Source: an uncultured delta proteobacterium (GTDB lineage Bacteria; Desulfobacterota; Binatia; Binatales; Binataceae). Taken from it: 64,000 bases of DNA. Below, piece by piece: positions 1 to 10,143 of this stretch; the first letter of the stretch is position 1; every line of letters begins with the position of its first letter. The stretch covers positions 256,001-320,000 of the forward strand of contig CAWEEQ010000004.1 in NCBI GenBank assembly GCA_963808235.1, written 5' to 3'. The notes under the pieces were generated by a model that saw only the letters and a program-made list of their open reading frames with translations, was not told the DNA's origin and searched no databases. The position numbers and the translations under genes were made by a program.

Positions 1-69
1 GATGATTCTGCGGTGCCGGATGATTCATATCGATTGACGGGTTCGTGTCGAATAAAATTTCTGATCCAT

Positions 70-756
70 ATGACTCGATATATTCTTAAAGCTGTTTGTT
101 CGGTCGCGTTTGCGGTAACCACGATTGCTTTCGTTGCGCTCTTGATGAGCGGCGACGTAGTTGCTCGCGCGGCGTCGGCCGATTCGCCTGCCGATCCGAT
201 GGCGTCGGTGAAGTCGGTCGTCGATCAGACGATCGTGGTCTTCAAGGACCAGCAGATCGCGGCTCCGGATCGCGAACAGAAACTTCGCTCGATCGCGGAG
301 ACCCGGTTCGATTTCAGCGAGATGGCCAAATCCGCGGTTGGCTACCATTGGCGTGATTTCACGCCTGCGCAGAAGAGCGAGTTCGTGCCGCTATTCACCA
401 AGTTTATCGAGGACGCCTATCTCTCGCGGATAGAGGACTACTCGGTGCAGAAAGTCGACCAGCAGATCCAGTCTTCGCTGATTCAGTTCAACAAGGAAAC
501 CACTGATGGGCCCGACTATGCGGAGGTGTTCAGCACGGTGGTGCTGAAAGATCGCGACAATCCTATCCAGGTGAATTACCTGATGCGGCGCGATGGCGAC
601 GAGTGGAAGATCTACGACATCTCGCTCGACGCGATAAGCGTGATCGCTAACTACCGAAACCAGTTCAACCGCGTGCTCAATAGCGACGGCTACGACAAGC
701 TCGTCAGCATCATGCGCGAGAAGATCCAGGGCCTCAGCACGTCACTCGCGAAGTGA
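70..756 (+). CDS. MlaC/Ttg2D (HpnM-like) periplasmic lipid-binding protein
   Basis: Signal-like N-terminus; FDFSEMAKSAVG, W...TPAQ..EF..LF, WKIYDI, NYRNQF motifs of the MlaC family; start placed at ATG 70 rather than 13. Confidence 0.85.
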   Translation: MTRYILKAVCSVAFAVTTIAFVALLMSGDVVARAASADSPADPMASVKSVVDQTIVVFKDQQIAAPDREQKLRSIAETRFDFSEMAKSAVGYHWRDFTPAQKSEFVPLFTKFIEDAYLSRIEDYSVQKVDQQIQSSLIQFNKETTDGPDYAEVFSTVVLKDRDNPIQVNYLMRRDGDEWKIYDISLDAISVIANYRNQFNRVLNSDGYDKLVSIMREKIQGLSTSLAK

Positions 757-776
757 TCCGGGCCGCGCGCCGGCGC

Positions 777-2753
777 TTATTTTCCCACTCCTGATACTCT
801 TACGTTTTTCGACGGATGCTTCGGGTCGTCGCCGGTGACAACGAGTGTTTGTGAGGCGGTGCCTGCCGCGGTCGGCTGAAAGGTGACCATCGCGGTTGTA
901 CTGTGGCCCTTGGGAATCTCGAAAGTCCCGCTGTTATCGACGCCGAAAGGCGCGGTTAGCTGTCCGATAGTTACCTGGAGACCGAACTGGCCCGAATTTC
1001 TCACCTTAAGCGGCAGGCGATGAATCGAGTCGAGCTTCGCTTCGCCGAAGTCGATATGATTCGTGCTCAAGTGCATCCGACCCGTAGGCGTCGGTGTGGC
1101 AGTCGGAGTCGGGGTTGGCGCGACACTCACGCGCGCGTCCGCGATCCAGGTGCCCCAGTTTGGGCTTTCCCCTGCGGCGGAATATTCCGCTGCCAACCAG
1201 ATCACGCTTTCATCGGCGGGGTCGAGGCCGGCGCCCGAATAGTCGCCCCATCGGGTACCGACGTATGACGCCAATCCGGATTTGAACAATACAGGCGCGC
1301 TCAGAGTGTTGATTGGATCGCTATCAAAGCGGGCAGCAACGAATGCGGACGCAAATTCGTTGCTCGCCGATTGGCTGAACGAAGTCAGCAAGTTGTCGGA
1401 GTTGTCGAGATCGAGCGACGGATAGTAGTCGTAAGATCCCTTGGTGCCGAAATCGAAATCCTGATTCACGCTTAGAGACGACGTCAGGATCTCGATGAAA
1501 CGCAGGCAGCTCCGCAGGGCGCTATCCCCGGCCGGCTTGCACGATGAAGTAGCCGAGGTCCACAACCTGCCGTCGCGAAAAACCGCATCGAGCAGACGTG
1601 AGTCGCCGGTATCGATCTGTCTGTTCGATCCTTTTTGCATCGCGTTCGGCGGAACGTTGAGACTGTTGATCGCCACTTGTGTGGCCGTGGCACTGGTGCC
1701 GCCGCCAACACCTGGCACTCCGGCCAACGACCATACGGTCTCAGTGCCGTTCGCCGCGGTAGCCATGAATAGGGTCGCGGTTGAGGAGCGGCTCTTTGCG
1801 GGCATGATGGGAAGATCGCTAGCGTCCTGCGGCGGCGGAAAAAAATCTGTCGACACATTCTGGTTCGCGGAGATCAAGTCGGCCTTGTTCCAAACCACGA
1901 ACTCATTGCCCTGTTCAGAGCCCGCATCGCAGTTGGGGTTACAGGAAAAAGAGTTTCCACCCGTGACAACCTTGTCGTCGTTGAACCCGAGCGACGGCTG
2001 ATCGGGAAAGCTTCCGGGAGTTGAAAACGTATAGACGTTGAAAGGCTGGGTCGGATCGGAGCTGGTGGAAACCGCCAGGTTGAACTGGCCGTTCTTTGCG
2101 GTCTTCACCTCGCTCGAATCCAGCGACAGTATCGAGATTAACCATCGGCCGGAAATCGTGTCGTAACGAATTCGGGGGTCGCTCGTGAAAATGGCCGCGT
2201 CGAGATTGAAAAGACCGTTGAGGGAGAGTGACTGCAGCACGTTCCCGCTCTTGTCGAAAATTCGGCCTTCGACGTTATCGACCTCGAAGACATGATCGGG
2301 CCCCGCGGCGACCTGGGTGTCAGGCGGTTCGCACGTGCCGCAGCTTTCCTCGGCCGCCAACCCGATGAAGTTCGAAAGCATGGCCGGCGTGGTGGCGGGC
2401 GACATCGAGAGTAGCGATGGAACCTGCGGGACTATCCAGCCAGTCGCCAGCGCAGCTTTCATTTTGCGATAGGCGACGGGATCTCGCATCCGCAGAGGCC
2501 TCGGATGCGGGCGGCCTGCGAATGCGGATGCTTCCAGCTTCATCGGATCGACCAGCGCAGTCCGCTGCACGACGATTGGCTGCGGTGAAGTGAGTGCAGC
2601 GGATGTCGAGACGATCGCGCCGGAGGCGCGGCGCGCGGGTATCGAGATCCACGAAATCACGAATGCGAATCCGACGACGAGGAGCGATCCCACGAGCAGG
2701 TTGCGTGCGAACAAGGTGCGGCGGCTCGGGTTGGACAGGGGCGATCGGTTCAT
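777..2753 (-). CDS. Secreted/surface protein with PT linker and C-terminal Ig-like (choice-of-anchor D/ASH-like) domain
   Basis: N-terminal TM/signal; PPDTQVAAGP, SDP...YD, RWGDYS motifs; PTPTPTATPTPT linker; C-terminal IDFG...VRNSG...FQPT domain. Confidence 0.65.
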   Translation of the reverse strand: MNRSPLSNPSRRTLFARNLLVGSLLVVGFAFVISWISIPARRASGAIVSTSAALTSPQPIVVQRTALVDPMKLEASAFAGRPHPRPLRMRDPVAYRKMKAALATGWIVPQVPSLLSMSPATTPAMLSNFIGLAAEESCGTCEPPDTQVAAGPDHVFEVDNVEGRIFDKSGNVLQSLSLNGLFNLDAAIFTSDPRIRYDTISGRWLISILSLDSSEVKTAKNGQFNLAVSTSSDPTQPFNVYTFSTPGSFPDQPSLGFNDDKVVTGGNSFSCNPNCDAGSEQGNEFVVWNKADLISANQNVSTDFFPPPQDASDLPIMPAKSRSSTATLFMATAANGTETVWSLAGVPGVGGGTSATATQVAINSLNVPPNAMQKGSNRQIDTGDSRLLDAVFRDGRLWTSATSSCKPAGDSALRSCLRFIEILTSSLSVNQDFDFGTKGSYDYYPSLDLDNSDNLLTSFSQSASNEFASAFVAARFDSDPINTLSAPVLFKSGLASYVGTRWGDYSGAGLDPADESVIWLAAEYSAAGESPNWGTWIADARVSVAPTPTPTATPTPTGRMHLSTNHIDFGEAKLDSIHRLPLKVRNSGQFGLQVTIGQLTAPFGVDNSGTFEIPKGHSTTAMVTFQPTAAGTASQTLVVTGDDPKHPSKNVRVSGVGK

Positions 2754-2871
2754 CGGTGTAAAGAAGGGTTACGAATCGGATCTTCGAGCCTGTGATAAAA
2801 GTGTACGTGGTGCGGGGGTCGCGCTACAATCCGGTTTCTTTTCTCGACGACATCAGGAGTGAGGGCTGGTA

Positions 2872-3423
2872 ATGATTCTCAAAGTTGCGCGTCTCGGATT
2901 TCCGTCGCTCAGAACTGCCGCCGCTGCGGTGCCGCCGGAGCGGATTGCGACCGATGATTTCCAAAAGCTGATCGACGACATGGTCGATACGATGCATGAG
3001 TACAGCGGCGTCGGCGTCGCCGCCCCACAGGTTCATCTTCCGATTCAACTTGCGGTGCTCGAAGTGGAAAATCATCCGCGTTATCCGGACATGCCGAGCG
3101 TGCCGCTTACGGTGCTGATCAACCCGGTGGTGACGATTCTGGACCGGACGATCGTCGAGGAGTGGGAGGGATGCCTGAGCGTTCCCGATCTTCGTGGCAA
3201 GGTGCCGCGCTTCAAGCAGCTTCGAGTCACGGGGCTTGGGCGCAACGCCGAGCCGATCGAGATCGTTGCGTCGGATTTTCATGCGCGCGTGATTCAGCAC
3301 GAGACCGATCATCTGAAGGGCGAGGTTTACCTGGATCGCATGCCCGATTTGCGCAAACTGGGATTTTTGCAGGAGTGGCAGCGCTATATGCTCGAGCCGC
3401 CTGCGGAAAAGAAAGAATCGTGA
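2872..3423 (+). CDS. def: Peptide deformylase
   Basis: GVGVAAPQ, EGCLS and QHETDHL motifs; GGAG SD upstream. Confidence 0.95.
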   Translation: MILKVARLGFPSLRTAAAAVPPERIATDDFQKLIDDMVDTMHEYSGVGVAAPQVHLPIQLAVLEVENHPRYPDMPSVPLTVLINPVVTILDRTIVEEWEGCLSVPDLRGKVPRFKQLRVTGLGRNAEPIEIVASDFHARVIQHETDHLKGEVYLDRMPDLRKLGFLQEWQRYMLEPPAEKKES

Positions 3424-3452
3424 TCAGAAAGCGGCTAGTTCACTCGTCCCCA

Positions 3453-3743
3453 CTACTTGGCTGGGGGCGGAGTTGGCGGCAGCTTGCCGGTCGCTTTGAA
3501 GGTCGCGATCGCTTTGCTTAATTCCTCGTTCTGCGCGGTGAGAGTGGTCTCCTCCGATTGCACCTTTGCGAGCTGGGCCTTCAACTGTTCATTTTCACTT
3601 TGCAGCTTGATGAGCTGATTGTTGAGTTCCGAGATCTGCTGCTCATTCGCCTGGTCGCGAGCCCGATAGCTGCCCGAATAGAGAAAGAACAACAGCGCCG
3701 CGATTATCGCGACGACCAATCCGCCGATAAGTATTCTCGCCAT
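3453..3743 (-). CDS. Small membrane-anchored coiled-coil protein
   Basis: N-terminal TM helix then Q/E/L heptads; ATG at 3743. Confidence 0.65.
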   Translation of the reverse strand: MARILIGGLVVAIIAALLFFLYSGSYRARDQANEQQISELNNQLIKLQSENEQLKAQLAKVQSEETTLTAQNEELSKAIATFKATGKLPPTPPPAK

Positions 3744-3841
3744 CTTGAGGTAGCCCCATTTGAAGATAGCTGTGAGCGGCGGGCGTGCGCCACTGGCGCG
3801 GATCACCCCAATTTAGCCGCGTTTTCACGAAAAATAGCGAA

Positions 3842-3871
3842 TTGACTTCCTTGCTCCAGCGTTCCTAAAAT
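3842..3871 (+). promoter_or_regulatory. Putative sigma70 promoter of the Gld-like ABC operon
   Basis: TTGACT-N18-TAAAAT. Confidence 0.55.
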
Positions 3872-3991
3872 GCGCGTGGATCGCATCTTTCTGATCGGAC
3901 GCCATTGCAATAAATTGAGAACCATGCCCGATACCCCGCGCCTGACGTGGGGGAGGCTGAATTTCACCGTGCCGAGGTTTAAGCAGGCTTC

Positions 3992-4945
3992 ATGATAGAG
4001 GTCCAGGAGCTAACCAAGTATTTCGGCGCCACGCTCGCGGTAAACCACGTATCGTTCAAGGTCGAGAAGGGCGAAATCATCGGGTTGCTGGGTCCCAACG
4101 GCTCCGGCAAGACGACGATCATGCGAATCCTGACCGGATTTTTTCCGGCGACTTCGGGACGCGCGATGATCGGCGGCCTCGACGTCGCGGAGCATTCCTT
4201 GGAAACGCGCCGGCGGGTCGGTTACCTGCCCGAAAATATGGTGCTCTATCCCGACTTGAGCGTCGATGCGCTGCTCGAGTTCGGCGCGCGGGTTCGTGAG
4301 ATCGATCCGAAGACGACGCGCGATCGAATTGAATATTCGCTGGACACGTGCGGGCTCAAGGATGTGCGCCGCAAGCTAATCGGCAAGCTCTCGAAGGGGT
4401 ACCGGCAGCGGGTCGGAATCGCGCAGGCAATCCTGAGCGATCCCGAAGTACTGATTTTAGACGAGCCGACGGTTGGACTCGATCCGCGCCAGGTGGTGGA
4501 AATCCGCGATCTCATCCGTTCGCTCGCCGGGCGTTCGACGGTGCTGCTCTCGACGCACATCCTGCCCGAGGTCAACATGACCTGCCGTCGCGTCGTGATC
4601 ATCGACCGCGGCCGAATCGTCGCGCAGGACACGCCCGAACAACTTACCGCTAAACTTCAGGGCACCGATCAAACTTTGATCGTAGTCGCGGGGCCGTCTC
4701 CGGCCGTGCGTGAGGCATTGACGGCGGTGAAGTTTGTCGAGCGGCTGGAAGATCGGCCGGTCGATGCTGGCAGCACCGGGCTGTGCTCGTTCATCGCATA
4801 CTCGACCGGGCATGGCGACGAAATCCGCAGCGCGCTTGCCTCCTGCGTGGTGCAGCACGGGTGGAACCTGCTCGAGATAAAGCCGGTGGCGCTCAGCCTC
4901 GAGGATCTTTTTATGCGCCTGGTCACCAAGGAAGACCGGGTTTAG
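3992..4945 (+). CDS. ABC transporter ATP-binding protein (GldA-like)
   Basis: GPNGSGKT, LSKGYRQR, ILDEPT, H-loop STH. Confidence 0.92.
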   Translation: MIEVQELTKYFGATLAVNHVSFKVEKGEIIGLLGPNGSGKTTIMRILTGFFPATSGRAMIGGLDVAEHSLETRRRVGYLPENMVLYPDLSVDALLEFGARVREIDPKTTRDRIEYSLDTCGLKDVRRKLIGKLSKGYRQRVGIAQAILSDPEVLILDEPTVGLDPRQVVEIRDLIRSLAGRSTVLLSTHILPEVNMTCRRVVIIDRGRIVAQDTPEQLTAKLQGTDQTLIVVAGPSPAVREALTAVKFVERLEDRPVDAGSTGLCSFIAYSTGHGDEIRSALASCVVQHGWNLLEIKPVALSLEDLFMRLVTKEDRV

Positions 4946-5000
4946 AAGTAAGCCCGGGTCTAGCGGCGTCTGGAGAGTTCAATGTGCATTGAGGTAATCG

Positions 5001-5837
5001 ATGTCTAACGGTGCAGCAACACTCGACGCGGCACGCTCCGCCACCGACACGCGTCGCGCCGCGATACGCGCGGCGGGCACGGGCTTTTCGGTAGGCCGGA
5101 TGCTCGCGGTGACGCGCAAGGAATTGCGCTCGTACTTTGCGTTTCCGCTCGTCTATGTACTGTCGGGCGTATTTCTGGTGCTGGCCGGCTGGTACGCCTA
5201 CTCCGATCTGGTGTTCTTCGTCACGATCGCATTCGCGCACGATATCATTCAGAACTACTGGGGGCTGCTGTTCTCCGACATCCGACTGTGCCTCTTGCTG
5301 ACGCTGCCGTTTATCACGATGCGGCTCTTTGCGGAGGAGCGGAAACTCGGCACTATCGAACTGCTCTACACTTATCCGCTGCGCGACGGCGAAGTGCTTG
5401 GCGGAAAGTACCTCGCCTCGGTCGCGATCTTCTTCATGATGCTAGTGCTGACGATGGTCTATCCGATCTTTCTCTACGGGGTGCATTCGTTCCCGCTGTT
5501 TCCGCTGGTCGCGGGCTATCTCGGGTTATTTCTGATCGGATGCGCGTTTATCGCGTGCGGTGTTTTCATATCGTCGCTGTGCGAGAGCCAGGTGATGGCG
5601 GGAATGGGCACGATCGCGCTGCTGCTGCTGTTCTGGATCCTCAACTGGAACGAGGCAGCGTTTAGCAATGGGTACCTGGATACGCTGCGCGCGTTCTCGC
5701 TGTTCGATCAGTTCAGCAGCTTCTCCAAGGGCGTGATCGATCTCGATCACGTGACCTACTTCGTTTTCTTTATCGCGTTTTTTCTGTTTCTCACCCAGCG
5801 CTCGATGGAGGCACGCAAGTGGACCGGCCGCCGCTAA
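5001..5837 (+). CDS. ABC-2 permease (GldF-like)
   Basis: KELRSYF, TMRLFAEERKLGTIELL, about 6 TM helices. Confidence 0.88.
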   Translation: MSNGAATLDAARSATDTRRAAIRAAGTGFSVGRMLAVTRKELRSYFAFPLVYVLSGVFLVLAGWYAYSDLVFFVTIAFAHDIIQNYWGLLFSDIRLCLLLTLPFITMRLFAEERKLGTIELLYTYPLRDGEVLGGKYLASVAIFFMMLVLTMVYPIFLYGVHSFPLFPLVAGYLGLFLIGCAFIACGVFISSLCESQVMAGMGTIALLLLFWILNWNEAAFSNGYLDTLRAFSLFDQFSSFSKGVIDLDHVTYFVFFIAFFLFLTQRSMEARKWTGRR

Positions 5838-7264
5838 ACGATCCCGCGCCTTCTCCCGCGACGCGCGGTTCTTCGATCTGGTCGAACTACGTGGTGCTGC
5901 TCTATACGGTGGTTGCATTCGCGGCGGTGCTGATAATCGCCAATGCGATCCTCGCCACCCGCAACATCAGATGGGACCTGACTCCGTCCAAGCGATACTC
6001 GCTCTCCGAGTTCGACCAGCGGGTGCTGAGCGGGCTCAACCATAATGTGAAGGTGATGGCCTTCGTCAGGACCGAGGATCCAGCGTATCTCGAGCTTTCC
6101 GACCTGCTGTTCCAGGCCGCGGCGTTCACTCCGCGGCTGACTTACCAGGTAATCGACGTAAACAAGGCGCCCGGCCTTGCGCGCGAGTACGGCGTGTCGA
6201 GTTACGGCGAGGTGGTGGTGGAATCGCAGGGGCGCCGGCGCGATTTTGACAACGCGCGTTCCGATCTTTTGATTCCGGCGGTTTTGCAAATCTCGAACGA
6301 GACCAACAAGCACATATATTTCACTATCGGGCACGGCGAGCGCGACGTGTTCGACGCCGATCGCAACCAGGGCTACTCGCAATGGCGCAATCTGCTGGAA
6401 CAGAACAACTACGCGATCGACAACGTATCGCTGTTCGCCAGCGGAGTGCCCGAAGACGCCAAGGTCGTCGTGTCGCTCGGGCCGCGCAAGGATTTTCTGC
6501 CCGAGGAGCTTGCGGCGCTCGAAAAATATCTCGGCGGCGGCGGACATTACATTGCGATCATCGACCCGTTCGGTTCGCCGACGCTGGTCGACTTCATGAA
6601 GAAGTATTACCTCGATTTCATTCCGCAGGTCATCGTCGATCCCGCTTATCGCCTGACTGCCGGCGAGATTCTCACCACCCAGATTCCGCTGCGCTCGGAA
6701 ACAAACCCGATTAGCCGCTCGATGGCCGCGCCGGCGGTCTTCTCGCTCGGGCGGGGCGTTATGGTGACCGGTAAGGACGGAGCGACTGCGCCCGGCGGAC
6801 TCGTACTCGCGCTGGAGGACAAATTTCTGTCCTCGTCGCATGAGAGCTGGGCGTCGAACGATCCCAAGGCGCTGACGACGGGAATCACCGAGTACCAGGC
6901 GGGACGAGATATCAAGGGTCCGATTCCGGTCGCCGCCGAAGTCGACTTCGCGCCGGCGGCCACGCCGCATATTCCGGTTGTCAAGATGACGCGCATTGTA
7001 GGTATCGGCAGTTCCGCGTTTGCCTCGAACCAGTTCCTGGAGATGCTGGGAAATCGCGATCTCGCGGTCAGCCTGATCAACGAGCTGGCCGGGGACGAGA
7101 TGCTGATCGCGAGCCGCGAGCGACTCAACAAGAGCGAAACCGCCGCCTTCTACATCAGCGATCAGCAGGCTGGACATTTGTTGATCCTCGGATCGGTCGT
7201 CGAGCCTGCGATCCTGTTTCTGATCGCGGCTACCGTGTTCATGCGCAGGAGGTTCTTTACTTGA
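5819..7264 (+). CDS. GldG-like ABC auxiliary membrane protein
   Basis: WDLTPSKRYSLS, IYFTIGHGE, GNRDL motifs; N- and C-terminal TM; exact start uncertain. Confidence 0.85.
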   Translation: MDRPPLNDPAPSPATRGSSIWSNYVVLLYTVVAFAAVLIIANAILATRNIRWDLTPSKRYSLSEFDQRVLSGLNHNVKVMAFVRTEDPAYLELSDLLFQAAAFTPRLTYQVIDVNKAPGLAREYGVSSYGEVVVESQGRRRDFDNARSDLLIPAVLQISNETNKHIYFTIGHGERDVFDADRNQGYSQWRNLLEQNNYAIDNVSLFASGVPEDAKVVVSLGPRKDFLPEELAALEKYLGGGGHYIAIIDPFGSPTLVDFMKKYYLDFIPQVIVDPAYRLTAGEILTTQIPLRSETNPISRSMAAPAVFSLGRGVMVTGKDGATAPGGLVLALEDKFLSSSHESWASNDPKALTTGITEYQAGRDIKGPIPVAAEVDFAPAATPHIPVVKMTRIVGIGSSAFASNQFLEMLGNRDLAVSLINELAGDEMLIASRERLNKSETAAFYISDQQAGHLLILGSVVEPAILFLIAATVFMRRRFFT

Positions 7265-7809
7265 GAGCGCGTCCTGCAATTATCTACACGATCATCTTCT
7301 TCGTCCTGCTGCCGATATATTTCTGGAGCCAGCCGACCATAAAGCCGTCGGTCGCGCTTGCGCGAGAGAGGGAGGAGAGCCTGCTCAAGCTCGACGGCGG
7401 TATCGACGCGATCACCGTCGCGAGCGGGCCCGAGTCACTGCGCTTTCAGAAGACATCCGACGGCAAGCAATACCAGTTAGTCGCGCCACCGGGAAAATTC
7501 ATACCGCAGGACCTGATGAACGCGATGGTGGGACTGCTGCTCAACGCGAAGTCGGTGGAAGTCGTCTCTGAAGACTCAAATGACCTCGCGCAGTTCGGAC
7601 TCGATCATCCGAAAGCCCAAGTGACTGTCGAGGCGCCGGGCAGACCCCAGCCGATCAAGCTCGCATTCGGAAACGAAAACCCGACCCACACCGCCATCTA
7701 CGCGCAGATCGAGGGGCAGCCCAAAGTTTTTCTGCTCGGGCAAAACCTCGAGTACTACACGTCGCTGATGTTCCAGTGGATCGAGGGCAAGCAAGGCAAG
7801 AACGCTTAG
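7261..7809 (+). CDS. DUF4340-like protein
   Basis: N-terminal TM; LAQFGLDHP and FGNENPT..IYA motifs; TTG start overlaps the upstream stop. Confidence 0.75.
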   Translation: MRARPAIIYTIIFFVLLPIYFWSQPTIKPSVALAREREESLLKLDGGIDAITVASGPESLRFQKTSDGKQYQLVAPPGKFIPQDLMNAMVGLLLNAKSVEVVSEDSNDLAQFGLDHPKAQVTVEAPGRPQPIKLAFGNENPTHTAIYAQIEGQPKVFLLGQNLEYYTSLMFQWIEGKQGKNA

Positions 7810-7820
7810 CGGTCGCTCTT

Positions 7821-8102
7821 TCAGGAAGTCGCGATTCCTTTTTCGTCGAGCAGCCGCTCGAGCGCGCGAAGGAAATGCTCGTAGTACTCGCCATGGTCGG
7901 AGGTGCCGTCGCGCGCGCGAATACGATCCGACGCGCGGACTTCGGCAATCAAGCGGTCGCGGAATTCATCCCAAGTGAAAAGGCCTGATTCGGAAAGCTT
8001 CAGCGCGATTGCGAATGCGCGCGCTTCCCAGGGCGCGCTGAAAACATGCTCCGGATCAAGGCGCGCCGACTCGATCAGTTTGTTCAGCGCGTCGGTGCTC
8101 AT
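7821..8102 (-). CDS. Nitrile hydratase accessory (P14K-like) protein
   Basis: [28 protein letters not shown]; ATGA overlap with the alpha subunit. Confidence 0.9.
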   Translation of the reverse strand: MSTDALNKLIESARLDPEHVFSAPWEARAFAIALKLSESGLFTWDEFRDRLIAEVRASDRIRARDGTSDHGEYYEHFLRALERLLDEKGIATS

Positions 8103-8728
8103 GCGCGCATCCCGTTTGCGCCGGCGCGGGTCGGCGGAGCGAGCTCCTCGACCCCGACCATCGAGTCGCGCGTAACAAGGGCTGCGAGTTCGTCCTCGCT
8201 CATTCCCTCGGTGTTCTTCGGTCGCTGCGGGATTACCAAGTAGCGAATCTCCGCGCTCGAATCCCACATCCGAACTTCAACGTCAGCGCCGAGTTCCAGT
8301 CCGAAATCTTTCAGCACCCCGCGTGGATCGCGCACCGCTCGCGACCGATACGCGAAGCTCTTGTACCAGATCGGCGGCAACCCCAGCACTGGCCACGGGT
8401 AGCATGAGCAGAGCGTGCATACGACGAGATTGTGAACCCGGTCGGTATTTTCCACCGCGACCAGGTGGCCGCCTTCGGGGCCTGCAAAGCCGAGTTCTCC
8501 GACCGCGGCGGTTGCGTTCACGAGCAGGCGCTTTCGATACGCTGGATCGGTCCACGCTTTCGCGACGACGCGTGCGCCGTTGCGCGGTCCGACCCGCGTC
8601 TCGTAGGCGTCGACGATAGCGTCGAGCGCATTGGGATCGAGCAGGCCCTTTTCCGTCAGGATGGCTTCCAGAGCCTTCACCCGCGCGGCGGGTCCGCTTT
8701 CGTCGGCATTATGATGGTCGCCGCTCAT
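8099..8728 (-). CDS. nthA: Nitrile hydratase alpha subunit, cobalt type
   Basis: [10 protein letters not shown] motif (Thr/Tyr is typical of Co-type); [13 protein letters not shown]. Confidence 0.96.
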   Translation of the reverse strand: MSGDHHNADESGPAARVKALEAILTEKGLLDPNALDAIVDAYETRVGPRNGARVVAKAWTDPAYRKRLLVNATAAVGELGFAGPEGGHLVAVENTDRVHNLVVCTLCSCYPWPVLGLPPIWYKSFAYRSRAVRDPRGVLKDFGLELGADVEVRMWDSSAEIRYLVIPQRPKNTEGMSEDELAALVTRDSMVGVEELAPPTRAGANGMRA

Positions 8729-9432
8729 TTTTTCGTCTTCGTTGTCACGCGTTGGCGCGGCTTAGGCTTCGCATCAATCGGCTCAAGATAGTCCTCCCAC
8801 AAATCGACGAGAACTCGTTCGTTGCGATTCGCGGATTTTCCCCACAGCTCGCGCGCTTCGAATTTGACCGAATAGCAGTGCTGCGGCTTGGTTCCCGCGT
8901 GATGCGCATTGGTGTCGGGAAAAACGAACACGCCCCAGTCATGCGCGACGACGCCGCGCTTGCCGCGAACATAGCGGGGCAGGCGCGTGTGTCCCGGCGG
9001 ATTCAAATTGCGCGCGCGCACCCGATCACCCTTGGCGAAGCGCGCACGCGGCAGTTTCGCTCCTGGCTTCTCTTTGATCGGAGCGGGGCCGACCGCGTGC
9101 ACTCCAGGCGCGATCAGCGCTCGCGCAACTTCGGTTGAGTCACCCTGTTTCGCGAGCAGTTCCTCGCGCGTGACGATGCCGTGCTCGACGAGCAAAGTCT
9201 CCGCCGCCGCCAGCCATCGTTCGTAATACTTCGAGGCGAGATACTGGGCTGGTGGAATCCGCTCGACCGCGTGACGGAACTCATCAAAGCTACCCGGTGA
9301 CCAGCGCCTCGCGAGGCTCATACCGAGCGCGAGCATTCGCCCTTCCCAGTCGGCGTGAAAGACGGGTTCATTCTGTTCGCGGAAGACGGGGCCAAAGCCG
9401 TCCATTCCGCCCATGTCATGTATGCCATTCAT
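8725..9432 (-). CDS. nthB: Nitrile hydratase beta subunit
   Basis: [34 protein letters not shown]; start at ATG 9432. Confidence 0.95.
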   Translation of the reverse strand: MNGIHDMGGMDGFGPVFREQNEPVFHADWEGRMLALGMSLARRWSPGSFDEFRHAVERIPPAQYLASKYYERWLAAAETLLVEHGIVTREELLAKQGDSTEVARALIAPGVHAVGPAPIKEKPGAKLPRARFAKGDRVRARNLNPPGHTRLPRYVRGKRGVVAHDWGVFVFPDTNAHHAGTKPQHCYSVKFEARELWGKSANRNERVLVDLWEDYLEPIDAKPKPRQRVTTKTKK

Positions 9433-9566
9433 CGAGTTTCTCGATCCGTCGCAGAGCGCCAGAATTATCGTCGACAGGCGCACGCGTACGCAAACCGTTT
9501 TGCAAAACCGCATCGCAGAGAATCGTCGCAGGATGATAATTTAGCGACTCTTGATAAGTTTTGTAT

Positions 9567-9575
9567 TGCTATGAT
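9567..9575 (+). promoter_or_regulatory. Extended -10 promoter element
   Basis: TG-c-TATGAT in the AT-rich divergent intergenic region, 16 nt before ATG 9592. Confidence 0.45.
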
Positions 9576-9591
9576 AGCCTCCATCCTCGCG

Positions 9592-10143
9592 ATGACTACA
9601 GAACCGCAATCTCGCGCGTCGCAAACTCGATGGCCCTTCGATATGCGAGTTTTCGCGACGATGTCCGCGCTATGGGCGCTATGCCTGGTGATTACTGCGT
9701 TTGCGCACGCGGGTGATCTTGATGTCGTCGATCCGGTGCAAACGGTCTTGGGGGGAATACGGTTCGATGGCGATGCCGCGCGGATCGTGCTGATCGTCGA
9801 GGCTGGGATTTTCGGGACGATCGCGATTGGAATTTTCGCCGAGCGGCGATGGGGTCTTGTGCTCGCGCTCTGCTTCATGGCGGAAGCCGTGATGAGTCAT
9901 CTGGCATTCGCGATCGCATACCTGCCGTTTCGATCGGAATGGATGAACGTGCGGCAGACCGCGAGCCAGGGGCCGATGATCGTGCTGATCACGCTATATC
10001 TGTGGATCCGCGCGTGCGATCTAATCTTCGATGCGCCCCCATCACCGGCGCGAACTCGCAGCGCGCGGGCTCCACGGCGTCAGGATGATGTCGCCGCGGA
10101 AGCGCGGCAGTTCAACTCAGTTGCCGACAGCGAACAGAGTTGA
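9592..10143 (+). CDS. Hypothetical membrane protein (about 4 TM)
   Basis: Four hydrophobic segments; 3' end overlaps the convergent gene by 27 nt. Confidence 0.65.
   Translation: MTTEPQSRASQTRWPFDMRVFATMSALWALCLVITAFAHAGDLDVVDPVQTVLGGIRFDGDAARIVLIVEAGIFGTIAIGIFAERRWGLVLALCFMAEAVMSHLAFAIAYLPFRSEWMNVRQTASQGPMIVLITLYLWIRACDLIFDAPPSPARTRSARAPRRQDDVAAEARQFNSVADSEQS

Noticed and set aside
1078-1125. Short imperfect tandem repeats
   Set aside because: Pro-Thr linker coding sequence, not a CRISPR or DNA repeat element.
5834-7279. 481-aa antisense ORF opposite the GldG-like gene (also 18370-19866 opposite dnaE, 43148-44278 opposite sdhA)
   Set aside because: Shadow ORFs expected from high-GC codon bias; no motifs, and the opposite strand carries clear genes.
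3992-7809. Gld-like ABC operon as evidence of gliding motility
   Set aside because: The GldA/F/G + DUF4340 architecture is widespread outside gliding bacteria, and no other gliding or T9SS genes are present.
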